Shown here in pieces: positions 1-9,935 of a stretch of 32,000 nucleotides of DNA (position 1 is its first letter; the number at the start of each line of letters is the position of its first letter). The DNA is from Candidatus Baldrarchaeum yapensis. Its GTDB lineage: Archaea > Asgardarchaeota > Baldrarchaeia > Baldrarchaeales > Baldrarchaeaceae. The translations under genes were made by a program, and so were the position numbers. A model generated the notes under the pieces. It made no database searches. It saw only the letters and a program-made list of their open reading frames with translations, and was not told the origin of the DNA. The stretch covers positions 1 through 32,000 of the forward strand of contig JAEOSH010000015.1 of NCBI GenBank assembly GCA_016840465.1, in the 5' to 3' direction.

Positions 1-26
1 GGCTCGGAGATGTGTATAAGAGACAG
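1..26 (+). other. Nextera/Tn5 adapter remnant (library artefact)
   Basis: GGCTCGGAGATGTGTATAAGAGACAG is the 3' part of the Nextera read-2 adapter, including the 19-bp Tn5 mosaic end AGATGTGTATAAGAGACAG. Confidence 0.97.
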
Positions 27-309
27 CCTCCTACACTAACCTCCTTTAATTCGTTTAACTAAAACCTTCATTAGCAGATTAAATGTTCGTCCCAAGATGC
101 AGAGTATTGCTGACGAATATTTTGAGGGATTTCAACCAAGTTTGCCATATTTGATTATTTATAGCCATCAATGGCAATTTTTAGCTTATTCAGCGTCCAT
201 TAAATGTTTTTGATGCTGAATTTACCTCGTGCACTTTCTGCATTTTTCACACACTTAACAATTATTAAAAATCTGACACAATAATATGAAGTTGTAAAGA
301 ATTAGTTAT

Positions 310-540
310 GTGATAAAAATGACCGATGTGATAACAATATATGATGAACAGGGGAGAACTAAACTGCCTGCACGTGTTCTTAGGAAGTTGGGACTGGGAA
401 AGAATTCAAAGCTGCTCGTAAAAGTATCAGGAGATAGCATAATTCTGACGCCTTTGAGGGTGAAATGGCCAAAGAAGGGGAAAATCGATGAGGATAAAGT
501 TTTAGAGGAAAAACATCTCGCATGGTATGAGGTGCCGTAA
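310..540 (+). CDS. vapB: AbrB/MazE/SpoVT-family antitoxin
   Basis: DEQGRTKLPARVLRKLGLGKNSKLLVKVSGDSIILTP fits the swapped-hairpin AbrB pattern. It abuts a PIN-domain gene. The start may be the ATG at 319. Confidence 0.8.
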   Translation: MIKMTDVITIYDEQGRTKLPARVLRKLGLGKNSKLLVKVSGDSIILTPLRVKWPKKGKIDEDKVLEEKHLAWYEVP

Positions 541-1050
541 TTGATAATACTTCTGGACACGATTGCCCTCTGGGCCCTTGTATTTGAGGATTCTAAGTAC
601 CACGAGTTCGTGATAAAGGAGTTGGAGGGAAAGAGGGCCTACATACTTGACATACAACTTTTAGAACTCCTCAGGGTGATCTACAGGTCATTTTCGCAGA
701 ATGGAACGGATTATGATGCTGGAGTTAATAAAATGCTTGAGATCTCCGAATTTATCAGGATGAAGGGGTTCTCGCTTAAGAACATAGATCTGAGGTATAT
801 GAGCACGGAGGCTGATGACTTCGTTGGAGGGGTGAAGATTCTAAACTCAGAAAGAGAGTTATTTAAGAGGGTCGGTCCAAGAGACACTTGGTGGCCTGAA
901 ATCGTCGATGCCATTATCGCGTATAAGTGGAAATCCCTCAATGCACTGCTCTATACGAGAGATTCCGCCCTCATAGCGTACGGAAAGAAGAACGATTTAC
1001 AGTATAAGATCATAAGGGCAATTCAATCAGATTTTATGTATCGAAGGTAA
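541..1050 (+). CDS. vapC: PIN-domain ribonuclease toxin (VapC-like)
   Basis: N-terminal IILLDT, central LLELL, DAIIA and LYTRD give the four acidic PIN positions. The TTG start directly follows the antitoxin stop. Confidence 0.8.
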   Translation: MIILLDTIALWALVFEDSKYHEFVIKELEGKRAYILDIQLLELLRVIYRSFSQNGTDYDAGVNKMLEISEFIRMKGFSLKNIDLRYMSTEADDFVGGVKILNSERELFKRVGPRDTWWPEIVDAIIAYKWKSLNALLYTRDSALIAYGKKNDLQYKIIRAIQSDFMYRR

Positions 1051-2018
1051 GTTTCCGGTGGTTCCATTGCGAGGCCGAGCGCTCCTAGGAGTACCACGTC
1101 CTCTCTCAGGGTGGTAATTTCTATCCGGGGTATCCTATTTATTGCATATTCTCCGATATTTTCAATTATGGGGTTGAGGACAAGGTGCTTTGGGTTTTTT
1201 AGTGCCACCGCGCCGCCTATCGTTATCAACTCCGGGTCGTACATGTTCACCAGCACCGAGAAACCGATCGCGTTCAATCTGCCTACTTCATTCACTATAT
1301 TCCTCGCAAGTTCATCGCCCTTGTCTGCCAGCCTAAAAATCATCTCAGCGGTCAGTTTAGAAAAGTCCCCACCGGTTTCTTTGGTCAGTAAGCTTCTCTT
1401 GACGAGTTCTTCATCCGACCTGCTGATGAGGTATCTTGCAAAATTGGGTATATTTTTCCCGGAACAGTACGCCTCCCAGTGTCCGCGCTTGCCACAGCCG
1501 CACACAAGTTTCCCCTCCATGTCTATCACCATGTGGCCTATCTCGGCGGCGTTTCCATCCTTTCCTATCAGAAGGTTCCCGTCGACGTAGACTCCTCCCC
1601 CTATTCCTGTACTGAGTGTGACGTAAACGATGTTTTCGTACTTTTCTCCTCGTCCGTACATTTTCTCACCAATGACGCCGGCGGTGGCGTCATTGACTAG
1701 GTAAACAGGCACCGAGAACTTTTTCCTCAATGGAGAGACCAAATTTACGTTTCGCAGTGGTGCGTTCACTGGAGTGAGTATCATTCCACGCCTTATGTCC
1801 AGTGGCCCGATGGAACCTATACCTATTCCCGAGATCTTTTTAACACTAACTTTCTGCATCAATGCACTTATTGTATCTGCAAGCCATCGCACGATGTCGG
1901 TTCCCGGGAATTTGCTCGTTTTCTCGACGACCCTTCCCAATAACTCGCCATCCTCACTACCAATAGCAACTCTGACCCACGTTGCGCCGATATCTATTCC
2001 TATCGCAAATCTGGTCAT
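1023..2018 (-). CDS. ROK-family sugar kinase (glucokinase-like)
   Basis: IGIDIGAT phosphate-1 motif, VNDA, LSTGIGGG and the ROK Zn signature EIGH...CGCGKRGHWEAYCS. Confidence 0.93.
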   Translation of the reverse strand: MTRFAIGIDIGATWVRVAIGSEDGELLGRVVEKTSKFPGTDIVRWLADTISALMQKVSVKKISGIGIGSIGPLDIRRGMILTPVNAPLRNVNLVSPLRKKFSVPVYLVNDATAGVIGEKMYGRGEKYENIVYVTLSTGIGGGVYVDGNLLIGKDGNAAEIGHMVIDMEGKLVCGCGKRGHWEAYCSGKNIPNFARYLISRSDEELVKRSLLTKETGGDFSKLTAEMIFRLADKGDELARNIVNEVGRLNAIGFSVLVNMYDPELITIGGAVALKNPKHLVLNPIIENIGEYAINRIPRIEITTLREDVVLLGALGLAMEPPETYLRYIKSD

Positions 2019-2153
2019 ACCATCTCCTCACATTTTTTCCAGTCGTGATTTGCGTTGAGCGTACTACATGTTTTTATGGAGTTGCAAAGGAGTATACGCC
2101 TTTCCGTAGGTGGGAAGGAAACACTCATTTAGATGTGTTGAGAACGTAGGCAT

Positions 2154-3167
2154 ATGACGAGAGAAACCATACGTGTGGTAATATACGGGCTTGGCGCGAT
2201 CGGTTCCCTGATAGCAAGGCGCGCGCTGAGGAGGAAGAACCTGGAGATAATCGGCGGGATTGAGATAAATCCCGAAAAGGTCGGGAAGGATCTCGGTGAA
2301 GTGCTCGGTTTGGGCGAGAAACTTGGAGCCAAGGTTGTACACGACAAGGATGCGCTCGACTTCCTGATGGAAAATCGTCCCGATGCCGTCATACACTCCA
2401 CGCTCACCTTCCTTGATAAGATATACCCTCAGCTTGTGCGTTGCATAAAAGCGCGCGCCAATGTTGTCTCAACCGCCGAAACGCTGGCTTATCCCTGGTA
2501 CAGGTACCCCGAGCTTGCCACTCTGATAGACGAGATGGCAAAGAAGTATGAGGTTACGGTTCTGGGAACAGGAGTGAACCCCGGGTTCATATTCGATAGT
2601 TTACCTGCCTTTCTGACATCCGTTTGCGTGGATGTAAAGAAAATTCACGTAATAAGATCGATAGACGCTGCGAAGAGAAGATTTCCCTTCCAAAAGAAGT
2701 ATGGTCTAGGTATGGATCCCGAAGAGTTCAGAGAGAAATTATCTCGGGGTGAGATAACGGCGCACGTCGGCTATGCCGAATCGATACTGCTGATAGCGTC
2801 CATGATTGGCGTGGAGTTGGACAGGGTCGAGGAGGGTCAGGAGCCCGTGATTGCCGATAAAGCTATGGAGACTCAGTATTTCAAGATAAAGCCGGGTCAG
2901 GTTTGCGGGATCAGGGGGTACGGGATCGGGTACCACAACGGTGAGGAGTTCATAAGGTTGGAGTTGCTCGCCGCCGTCGGGAGGGAGGATTACGATGAGA
3001 TAGTAATAGAGGGTGAGCCGCCAATGAAGTGGAGGAACGAGTACGGAACATCTGGAGATATAGCGACGGCCGCTATGGTTATAAACATGGTACCGAGAGT
3101 AGTACGCGCCCCGCCGGGGTTGCTGACAATGAAGGATATGCAAATACCATCGCTATCTCTGAAATGA
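2154..3167 (+). CDS. 2,4-diaminopentanoate dehydrogenase (Ord)-like NAD(P)-dependent amine dehydrogenase
   Basis: Rossmann GLGAIG, plus LGTGVNPGF and HVGYAES motifs typical of the Ord/native amine dehydrogenase (DapB-like N-terminus) family. Confidence 0.78.
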   Translation: MTRETIRVVIYGLGAIGSLIARRALRRKNLEIIGGIEINPEKVGKDLGEVLGLGEKLGAKVVHDKDALDFLMENRPDAVIHSTLTFLDKIYPQLVRCIKARANVVSTAETLAYPWYRYPELATLIDEMAKKYEVTVLGTGVNPGFIFDSLPAFLTSVCVDVKKIHVIRSIDAAKRRFPFQKKYGLGMDPEEFREKLSRGEITAHVGYAESILLIASMIGVELDRVEEGQEPVIADKAMETQYFKIKPGQVCGIRGYGIGYHNGEEFIRLELLAAVGREDYDEIVIEGEPPMKWRNEYGTSGDIATAAMVINMVPRVVRAPPGLLTMKDMQIPSLSLK

Positions 3168-3176
3168 TGTGGAGGG

Positions 3177-4496
3177 ATGAGGATGGATTACGTGGAATTT
3201 ACTCCCAAATCTAGGGAGTTGTTCGAGAGAGCAAGGAAAGTGCTTCCGGGAGGAGTATCCTACGTCATAAGGTACGTCGATCCGTACCCATTTTATGTTG
3301 TCAAGGCGAAGGGTTGCAGGTTGTGGGACGTGGACGGCAACGAATACATAGATTTCTGGATGGCGCATGGCGCGGTTGTCACCGGGCATGGCTACGAGCC
3401 CGTAATAAATGCTGTGAGAGAACAGTTGGAGTACGGCCTCCATATGGGATGGTGTAATGAGTGGGAGATCAAGTGGGCGGAGGCCGTATGCAGGTGGTTT
3501 GATGCGGATATGGTGCGCCCCACAAACAGTGGTACGGAGGCAAATATGTACGCGGTAAGATTGGCGAGGGCGTACACTGGAAAGGAGAAGGTGGGAAAAT
3601 TCGAGGGAGGTTGGCACGGAGGTTATGACGGTCTCCACAAGGCGGTTACCTATCCCTATGACAAGCCCGCATCATTGGGTTTGACCGAGGGGGCATTGAA
3701 ATACATTATAACCCTTCCGTACAATGATCTCGACGGTGTCCGTAAGAGAATAAAAGGAGAAGATGTCGCATGTATAATAATAGAGCCCGTATTGGGCGCA
3801 GGGGGATGTATACCCGCTGATAAGGAGTTCTTGAAGGGATTACGCGAGTTGTGCGATGATATGGGAATTTTACTAATATTCGACGAGGTTATAACTGGCT
3901 TTAGATTCTACAAGGGCGCTCAGCACTACTATGGTGTGAAACCGGATCTCACGACGCTGGGTAAGGCTGTGGGTGGTCAGTTCTTCCCCGGGGCTGGGGC
4001 ATTCTGCGGGCGTGAGGACATAATGGAACTTCTCGATCACATTAAGAGGCCGAATTTCTGGGAGAGGGCCTTCCACGGCGGAACCTATGTTGGGAACGCA
4101 CTCACCATGAGGGCAGGATGTACTCTCATAACCGAGTTGGAGAAAAACGCCGATAAGTTCTATCCCTATATGGACCAGTTAGGAGAGAGATTTAGGAAGG
4201 GTCTTGAGGATGTATTCTCCAGTTACGGGTTCGAGGCTTACGTTACCGGCGTCGGTTCAATGATAGGGATACATTTCACAAGGGAGAAGCCGGTCGACGG
4301 CATCACTTCGGAGCGGACGAAAGATGTGGAGATGTGCAATAAGTTCTTCCGGCACATGCTGAACAACAAGGTCGTTTATGTATCAGCGCTGAAACCCCAT
4401 CTGTTCATTTCAGTTGCCCATACTGAGAAGGAGATCGACACCTTTGTGTCACTGACGGAGGAGTTTGTGAAGAGAAATGTTAAGGAGAAAAAGTAG
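3177..4496 (+). CDS. Class III PLP aminotransferase, glutamate-1-semialdehyde aminomutase (HemL)-like
   Basis: DVDGNEYID, NSGTEA, KFEGGWHG, LIFDEVITGFR and the PLP lysine in TTLGK. True HemL function is not established. Confidence 0.85.
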   Translation: MRMDYVEFTPKSRELFERARKVLPGGVSYVIRYVDPYPFYVVKAKGCRLWDVDGNEYIDFWMAHGAVVTGHGYEPVINAVREQLEYGLHMGWCNEWEIKWAEAVCRWFDADMVRPTNSGTEANMYAVRLARAYTGKEKVGKFEGGWHGGYDGLHKAVTYPYDKPASLGLTEGALKYIITLPYNDLDGVRKRIKGEDVACIIIEPVLGAGGCIPADKEFLKGLRELCDDMGILLIFDEVITGFRFYKGAQHYYGVKPDLTTLGKAVGGQFFPGAGAFCGREDIMELLDHIKRPNFWERAFHGGTYVGNALTMRAGCTLITELEKNADKFYPYMDQLGERFRKGLEDVFSSYGFEAYVTGVGSMIGIHFTREKPVDGITSERTKDVEMCNKFFRHMLNNKVVYVSALKPHLFISVAHTEKEIDTFVSLTEEFVKRNVKEKK

Positions 4497-4498
4497 TT

Positions 4499-7258
4499 TT
4501 ACTTTCCCCTCATTCCGAAAATTTTTCCTCTTAGGAGGTACTTCTCCGCCTCGAACGCTACGAGTATGGTCGCGGCAAACGGTATTGCCAGTAGCAATGA
4601 GTAGAGCGAGAGGGCTGTCATCTTGAAGAGCATCTGGAATATTGGCATGTATATGAAGATCAATGCGAAGATTATCGATGATGCAACGGCCGCAACCAGG
4701 TACTTATTCTTAAACGGTCCTATTTCGTGTAGAAGATGGCGTTCGGATCTAGCCGTGAATGCCGCGAACATCTCGAGCATTGTTATGTACCAGAAGCACA
4801 TTGTTCGTGCGTATATCTCGTTAAAGGACAGCAATGACCAGTAGAACAGAAGTATTCCCCAAGTTGCGAGCACGATTCCGCCGGTTGCAATGAATATTTT
4901 CACCATGGGGGTGAAAATGCTCTCCTCCGGGTCCCGAGGTGGACGCTCCATAATATCTGGGTCGTAGGGGTCCACACCGAGGGCTATTGCCGGAAGTCCG
5001 TCAGTTAGCAGGTTTATGAGCAGTATCTGTATTGCTACGAGCGGTAGCGGCAACCATAGCAGTCCGGCGACAAACATTAGCAAAATCTCGCCGACATTAC
5101 ATGCGAGGAGGTACATGAGGTACTTCTTTATATTTTCGTAGGCCCCTCTTCCCTCCTCGACGGCTGCAACTATCGTTGCAAAGTTATCATCAGCTAGTAC
5201 CATGTCCGCTACCTCTTTTGTCACATCAGTACCCTTTATTCCCATTGCAACACCCACATCGGCTCTTTTAACTGCAGGGGCGTCGTTAACGCCATCGCCC
5301 GTCATTGCAACGACGTGCCCTCTCTTCTTAAGCGCGTTCACTATACGTAGCTTGTGCTCTGGGGAGACGCGAGCGAACACCACAACATCCTCTATAACCT
5401 CTTCCAGCTCCTCATCGCTCATCCTGTCCAGATCCCTACCAGTGAGCACCTTACCCTCCTCGCTACCCTCGAGTAGCCCTATTTCTCTTGCAACGGCGAC
5501 CGCGGTCAGTTTATGATCGCCTGTTATCATTTTCACTTTAATACCTGCCTTCTTACACTTCTCTAGCGCGGGAATTACTTCCTCACGAGGTGGATCGAAC
5601 ATTCCCTGAAGTCCCACGAATATTAGTCCCTCTTCCACGCTTTCATCTACTTTCTCGACTTCCGGCCCAAGTTCTCTGTAAGCCATTGCAAGTACTCTTA
5701 GTGCTGACCCCGCCATTCTCTCAACCGTATCTAGTATTCTTCTTCGATCCTCTTCGCTCAGCACCTCCACCCTTCCGTTCTTTCGGATGTGCGAGCAGAG
5801 GTTCAAGACGACCTCGGGTGCCCCCTTCATGTAAAGTATCGTTCTTCCGTCCGGCATTCTATGTACGGTTGACATCCTCTTCCTCATGGAGTCGAACGGG
5901 ACTTCTCCGATCCTTGGGAACTTTTCGGGGAGTTTCTCCACGTCGATGCTCGCTTTTGCCGCAGATACCAGCAAGGCTATCTCGGTCGGGTCTCCCACCC
6001 ATTTAATGCCCTGCTTGTCCCTGATCATTTTCGCGTCGTTGCACAGCGCCCCTATCTCCAGCAGTAATATGAGGTCTTCGTCCTCCCGCGGGTCTATCCT
6101 CTCGTTCTTCTCATTTAAAAACTCTCCCGTGATCTCGAAACCGGTCCCAGTGACTTTATAAGTTTTTCCTCCCACGAAAATCTCTTTAACTGTCATTTCG
6201 TTTTTCGTTATAGTCCCCGTCTTATCGGAGCATATCACGGTGACGCATCCTAATGTCTCGACAGCATATAGTTTTCTAACGATGGCGTTGCGTTTTGCCA
6301 TACGCTGTACACCCACCGCTAGTGAAATGGTAACTACGGCTGGTAGTGCCTCTGGGACCGCTGCCACCGCTAGGCTTACGCCCCAAATGAACATCTCGAC
6401 GGTCACTTCAAAGGGTGGTCGCTGTTCGAAGACTACTCCACGCACCATACCGAGGCCCGCAACCACGAAACATACGATTAAGCATATCAGGCCGAGCCAC
6501 TTTCCAACTTCTTCCATCTTTCTCTGGAGTGGGGTCTTTTCTATCTCCACCTCCTGCAACATCGCCGCTATTTTTCCAAACTCGGTGTTCATGCCAGTAG
6601 TGGTAACAACAGCCTTGCCCCTTCCCCTCGTAACGAATGTCCCCATGAACACCATGTTTTTCCTCTCGGCAACCGGAATGTTAACGTCATGGAGGGGAGA
6701 AGTTGTCTTAGGAACTGGGACGGATTCTCCTGTTAGGACTGCTTCGTCAACCTCCAGATTTACTGCCTCTATCAGTCTCGCGTCAGCGGGAACCCTATCA
6801 CCGGTTTCCAAAACTATTATGTCTCCGGGGACTACCTCCCTAGCAGGTATTTCCACTATTTTACTATCTCTGAGGACTCGCGCCCTAGGTGCCGCCAGTT
6901 CTCTTAGGGCCTCTAATGCTTTCTCGGATCGATACTCCTGTACGAATCCCAGAACCGCGCATGCAATTACTATTGCGAATATTACTGTTGCATCTAGGAT
7001 TTCTCCCAGAGCCAGCGATACCAGTGTCGCTATTAGCAAAATTATGATGAGGACGTCCTTAAATTGGTTGAGGAACATCATTAGGGGGGATACTTTCTTT
7101 CGCTCCTCTATCTCGTTATATCCAAAGACTTCGAGCCTCCTTTGCGCCTCTTCCGATGAGAGGCCGTCCTCTCTTGTGTCGAGTATCCTCATGACGTCTT
7201 TTATTCCCATTGCGTGCGGATGCTCCACCCCAATCCTTTTGTGCTCCTGCATCTCCAT
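4499..7258 (-). CDS. P-type IIA cation (Ca2+)-transporting ATPase
   Basis: TGES, AAVPEALP, DKTGT phosphorylation site, KGAPE, MITGD, GDGVND and M6 INLLTDGLPA. Start placed at the ATG at 7258 (ORF is open to 7303). Confidence 0.93.
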   Translation of the reverse strand: MEMQEHKRIGVEHPHAMGIKDVMRILDTREDGLSSEEAQRRLEVFGYNEIEERKKVSPLMMFLNQFKDVLIIILLIATLVSLALGEILDATVIFAIVIACAVLGFVQEYRSEKALEALRELAAPRARVLRDSKIVEIPAREVVPGDIIVLETGDRVPADARLIEAVNLEVDEAVLTGESVPVPKTTSPLHDVNIPVAERKNMVFMGTFVTRGRGKAVVTTTGMNTEFGKIAAMLQEVEIEKTPLQRKMEEVGKWLGLICLIVCFVVAGLGMVRGVVFEQRPPFEVTVEMFIWGVSLAVAAVPEALPAVVTISLAVGVQRMAKRNAIVRKLYAVETLGCVTVICSDKTGTITKNEMTVKEIFVGGKTYKVTGTGFEITGEFLNEKNERIDPREDEDLILLLEIGALCNDAKMIRDKQGIKWVGDPTEIALLVSAAKASIDVEKLPEKFPRIGEVPFDSMRKRMSTVHRMPDGRTILYMKGAPEVVLNLCSHIRKNGRVEVLSEEDRRRILDTVERMAGSALRVLAMAYRELGPEVEKVDESVEEGLIFVGLQGMFDPPREEVIPALEKCKKAGIKVKMITGDHKLTAVAVAREIGLLEGSEEGKVLTGRDLDRMSDEELEEVIEDVVVFARVSPEHKLRIVNALKKRGHVVAMTGDGVNDAPAVKRADVGVAMGIKGTDVTKEVADMVLADDNFATIVAAVEEGRGAYENIKKYLMYLLACNVGEILLMFVAGLLWLPLPLVAIQILLINLLTDGLPAIALGVDPYDPDIMERPPRDPEESIFTPMVKIFIATGGIVLATWGILLFYWSLLSFNEIYARTMCFWYITMLEMFAAFTARSERHLLHEIGPFKNKYLVAAVASSIIFALIFIYMPIFQMLFKMTALSLYSLLLAIPFAATILVAFEAEKYLLRGKIFGMRGK

Positions 7259-7554
7259 CAACACGCATACTCCCAGTTTGAGAAATACTATCGAAAGGCG
7301 CACATATTAAGCATTTCCCGGGTCGTGGGCCCTCCTCTTATTAATTTTGTAAAGTGTTATCTTTTCGTGCAGATGGTCCACAGACTAGAGTTCGATAAAA
7401 ATTTGCAACATTGTGGTAGCGGTGATAATCCGCCTGTTCGGTTATCCCTTCTGCAGTGATCCGCCGTATTCTAACACGCTACATTACACGGTTTTCCGAG
7501 AGTTTCATATGTAGTTATCTTAAGAACGACGAGCAGGTATTCTTGCCCATAAGG

Positions 7555-7560
7555 TTTAAA
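7555..7560 (+). promoter_or_regulatory. Putative TATA box of the his operon
   Basis: TTTAAA preceded by purine-containing CCCATAAGG, about 125 nt upstream of the hisG ATG. Confidence 0.4.
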
Positions 7561-7684
7561 TTCCTATGTGCTGTGAAGATGTAGGGTGGAAAGGATGAGA
7601 GGTCGTCGAGTTCACGAGTGTTAGTTGTTCGGTTTTCCTACTTCTGTCCGAAAAGGGTGAGCCGAGCCTCCGGGGGTGGAGGCG

Positions 7685-8686
7685 ATGAAGCTCAGGTTTG
7701 CAATACCGAAGGGTTCCTTGGGCGAGGCAACACTAAACCTTCTGAGCGAGGCCGGTTATAAGCTAAGGGGGCACGAGAGGTCTTATAGGCCGGTGATAAA
7801 CGACCCGGACATCGAGGTCAGAATTTTACGCCCTCAGGAGATACCGCAACTTGTGGAGGAAGGGTATCAGGATATCGGAATAACGGGCATCGACTGGGTT
7901 ATCGAAACGGGTGCCGACGTTCTTGACCTCCAAGATCTGGAGTACGGCGCGGTGGACATAGTTCTCGCGGTGAGCAAGGATTGGAGAGATGTTAACAGTT
8001 TCGAGGATCTGCTTAACAGAGTTCTACGCGAGGATAGACCCTTGAGGATATACACCGAGTATCTCAACATCTCCAGCAGGTGGATACACAGTCAGGAAGC
8101 CTATAGGGAAAAGTTCGGAGACGTTGAGCCGCAGGTGATAACGCCTTGGTTAAAGCGAGGGGATAACCCGAGAGTGAAGATATACCTGAGCTTTGGAGCG
8201 ACCGAGGCAAAGCCCCCAGACACCGCGGATGCGATAATAGATGCCACAAGCACCGGAATAACGCTCGAACAAAACAATCTCAAGCCAATAGAGGTACTTC
8301 TGAAGTCCACTGCACACCTCATTGCAAATAAGGACGCTATGCGGGACCCCAACAAGAGGGAGAAGATCCTAGATGTATTGAGTTTGCTAAGGGGCGTCGT
8401 GGAGGCGCGCAAAAAGCTGCACATATTCGTTAATGTCAGAGAGGAGAACCTCAAGAAAATAATACCTCTTCTGCCCGCGCTCAAGAGCCCGACCATAAGC
8501 CCGCTCTCAAAGAAGGGATGGTATGCGATAAACACCGTGATAGACGAGGAGCAGTTTCTCAGGATTTTACCGGTCCTGAGAAGGTACACCCAGGGGCTGG
8601 TTGTGCACAAGCCCAGACAGGTTCTACCGCTCGATGAGATCATGAAAGAGGGGGCGAGCGGCACTGAAAATGATAGTTCTACATAA
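7685..8686 (+). CDS. hisG: ATP phosphoribosyltransferase (long form)
   Basis: FAIPKGSL, RPQEIP, DIGITGIDW, DLEYG, GATEAKPP and a C-terminal regulatory domain (LPALKSPTISPL...WYAINTVI). GGAGG precedes the ATG at 7685. Confidence 0.95.
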   Translation: MKLRFAIPKGSLGEATLNLLSEAGYKLRGHERSYRPVINDPDIEVRILRPQEIPQLVEEGYQDIGITGIDWVIETGADVLDLQDLEYGAVDIVLAVSKDWRDVNSFEDLLNRVLREDRPLRIYTEYLNISSRWIHSQEAYREKFGDVEPQVITPWLKRGDNPRVKIYLSFGATEAKPPDTADAIIDATSTGITLEQNNLKPIEVLLKSTAHLIANKDAMRDPNKREKILDVLSLLRGVVEARKKLHIFVNVREENLKKIIPLLPALKSPTISPLSKKGWYAINTVIDEEQFLRILPVLRRYTQGLVVHKPRQVLPLDEIMKEGASGTENDSST

Positions 8687-9935
8687 GGAGAACGCTGGCT
8701 GGATTGCTAGAAGGCTTAGGACCGAGGTACATAGCGGGTTGCCGTTGGAGGAGGTCATTGAAATAATAAATGAAGTCAGAAGGAACGGGGATGATGCCAT
8801 CATTCGCTTCGAGGAAATGTTCGATGGAGTTAAGTTATCAAGGGATAGTATTGCGGTTGATCCGAGTGAAATCGATAGGGCCGTGAAGGCGCTGCCAGTA
8901 GATCTTCTGAGGAGCATAAGGACCTGTATTGAAAGGTTGGAGCAGGTTGAAAGGAAATTCATGGAAGGGCTCGTAAAAGAGGTCAAAATAGAGTTTGACA
9001 GCGTGGCTATAACGTACGAGTTTGCTCCCTTGGACAGAGTTGGGGTGTATGTTCCCAGAAGCAGATTCTCATACCCGAGCAGCCTGATAATGGCGGCGGT
9101 TCCCGCAAGGGTTGCTGGAGTTCGGTCGATAGTGGTAACAACACCGCCCGACAGGAACAGGAATGTGGATGCCGCGGTCCTAGCGGTTTGCAAGATGCTA
9201 GAAATAGAGGAGGTTTATAGGATCGGGGGAGCCCAGGCAATTGCGGCGTTAGCATATGGAACCGAGACGATAAAGCCGGTGCAGAAAATAGTGGGACCGG
9301 GTGGCAGGTATGCAACGGTTGCGAAGTTCATAGCCTCAATTAATACCGATATAGAGTTCCTAGCTGGGCCGACCGAGTTGCTAGTGCTCGCAGATGGTAG
9401 CGCGGATCCGAAGTTTGTGGCATACGATTTACTTTCTCAGGCGGAGCATGGCCCCGACTCGATAATAGTGCTTGCCGCAACTTCGGAAGATGTCGCGAAT
9501 TCCGTAATTTCTCATTTGAGGCAGACGGGATTCGGAGTGGAGGTTCTGGATCGATTGATAGTGGTTATAGGAGATCTTGAGTCTCTTATAAAGTTCGTTG
9601 AGGAGTTTGGGCCGGAGCATGCACAGATAATGACTAGCAACGCGAATGAGGTTTCCAAGAGGATAAAAAGCGCAGGGGTTGTGCTCATCGGGGACTACAC
9701 GCCCAGCGCCGCGAGTGATTATATCCTCGGGACAAATCACATATTACCGACGTTCGGATTGGCTAGAGGAAGGGGCGGTCTTTCTCCACTGGACTTCATG
9801 AAAAGAGTCGCGAGGGTGCAGGCATCAAGGGAGTTTCTTCTTAAGTATGGTGATGACATAATGCGTCTAGCCAAGTACGAGGGGTTCTTGTGGCACAAGA
9901 AGGCGGTAGAGGTAAGAGTTTATGAGAGGGGGTAA
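8670..9935 (+). CDS. hisD: Histidinol dehydrogenase
   Basis: RVGVYVP, KIVGPGG, AGPTE, DLLSQAEH, PEH and GTNHILPT motifs; lies within the his operon. Confidence 0.95.
   Translation: MIVLHKENAGWIARRLRTEVHSGLPLEEVIEIINEVRRNGDDAIIRFEEMFDGVKLSRDSIAVDPSEIDRAVKALPVDLLRSIRTCIERLEQVERKFMEGLVKEVKIEFDSVAITYEFAPLDRVGVYVPRSRFSYPSSLIMAAVPARVAGVRSIVVTTPPDRNRNVDAAVLAVCKMLEIEEVYRIGGAQAIAALAYGTETIKPVQKIVGPGGRYATVAKFIASINTDIEFLAGPTELLVLADGSADPKFVAYDLLSQAEHGPDSIIVLAATSEDVANSVISHLRQTGFGVEVLDRLIVVIGDLESLIKFVEEFGPEHAQIMTSNANEVSKRIKSAGVVLIGDYTPSAASDYILGTNHILPTFGLARGRGGLSPLDFMKRVARVQASREFLLKYGDDIMRLAKYEGFLWHKKAVEVRVYERG

Noticed and set aside
1-26. Tn5/IS50 transposon end
   Set aside because: It includes the Nextera-specific GGCTCGG prefix, sits at base 1, and has no transposase or partner end.
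3177-4496. Assigning the symbol hemL
   Set aside because: Family membership is clear, but there is no tetrapyrrole gene context and the motifs deviate, so the specific function is unproven.
6240-7310. 356-aa plus-strand ORF (and similar long antisense ORFs at 1111-1590, 8101-8664, 8624-9193, 29641-30177)
   Set aside because: These are antisense shadows of well-supported genes, with Ser/Thr/Ile-rich low-information translations and no recognisable motifs.
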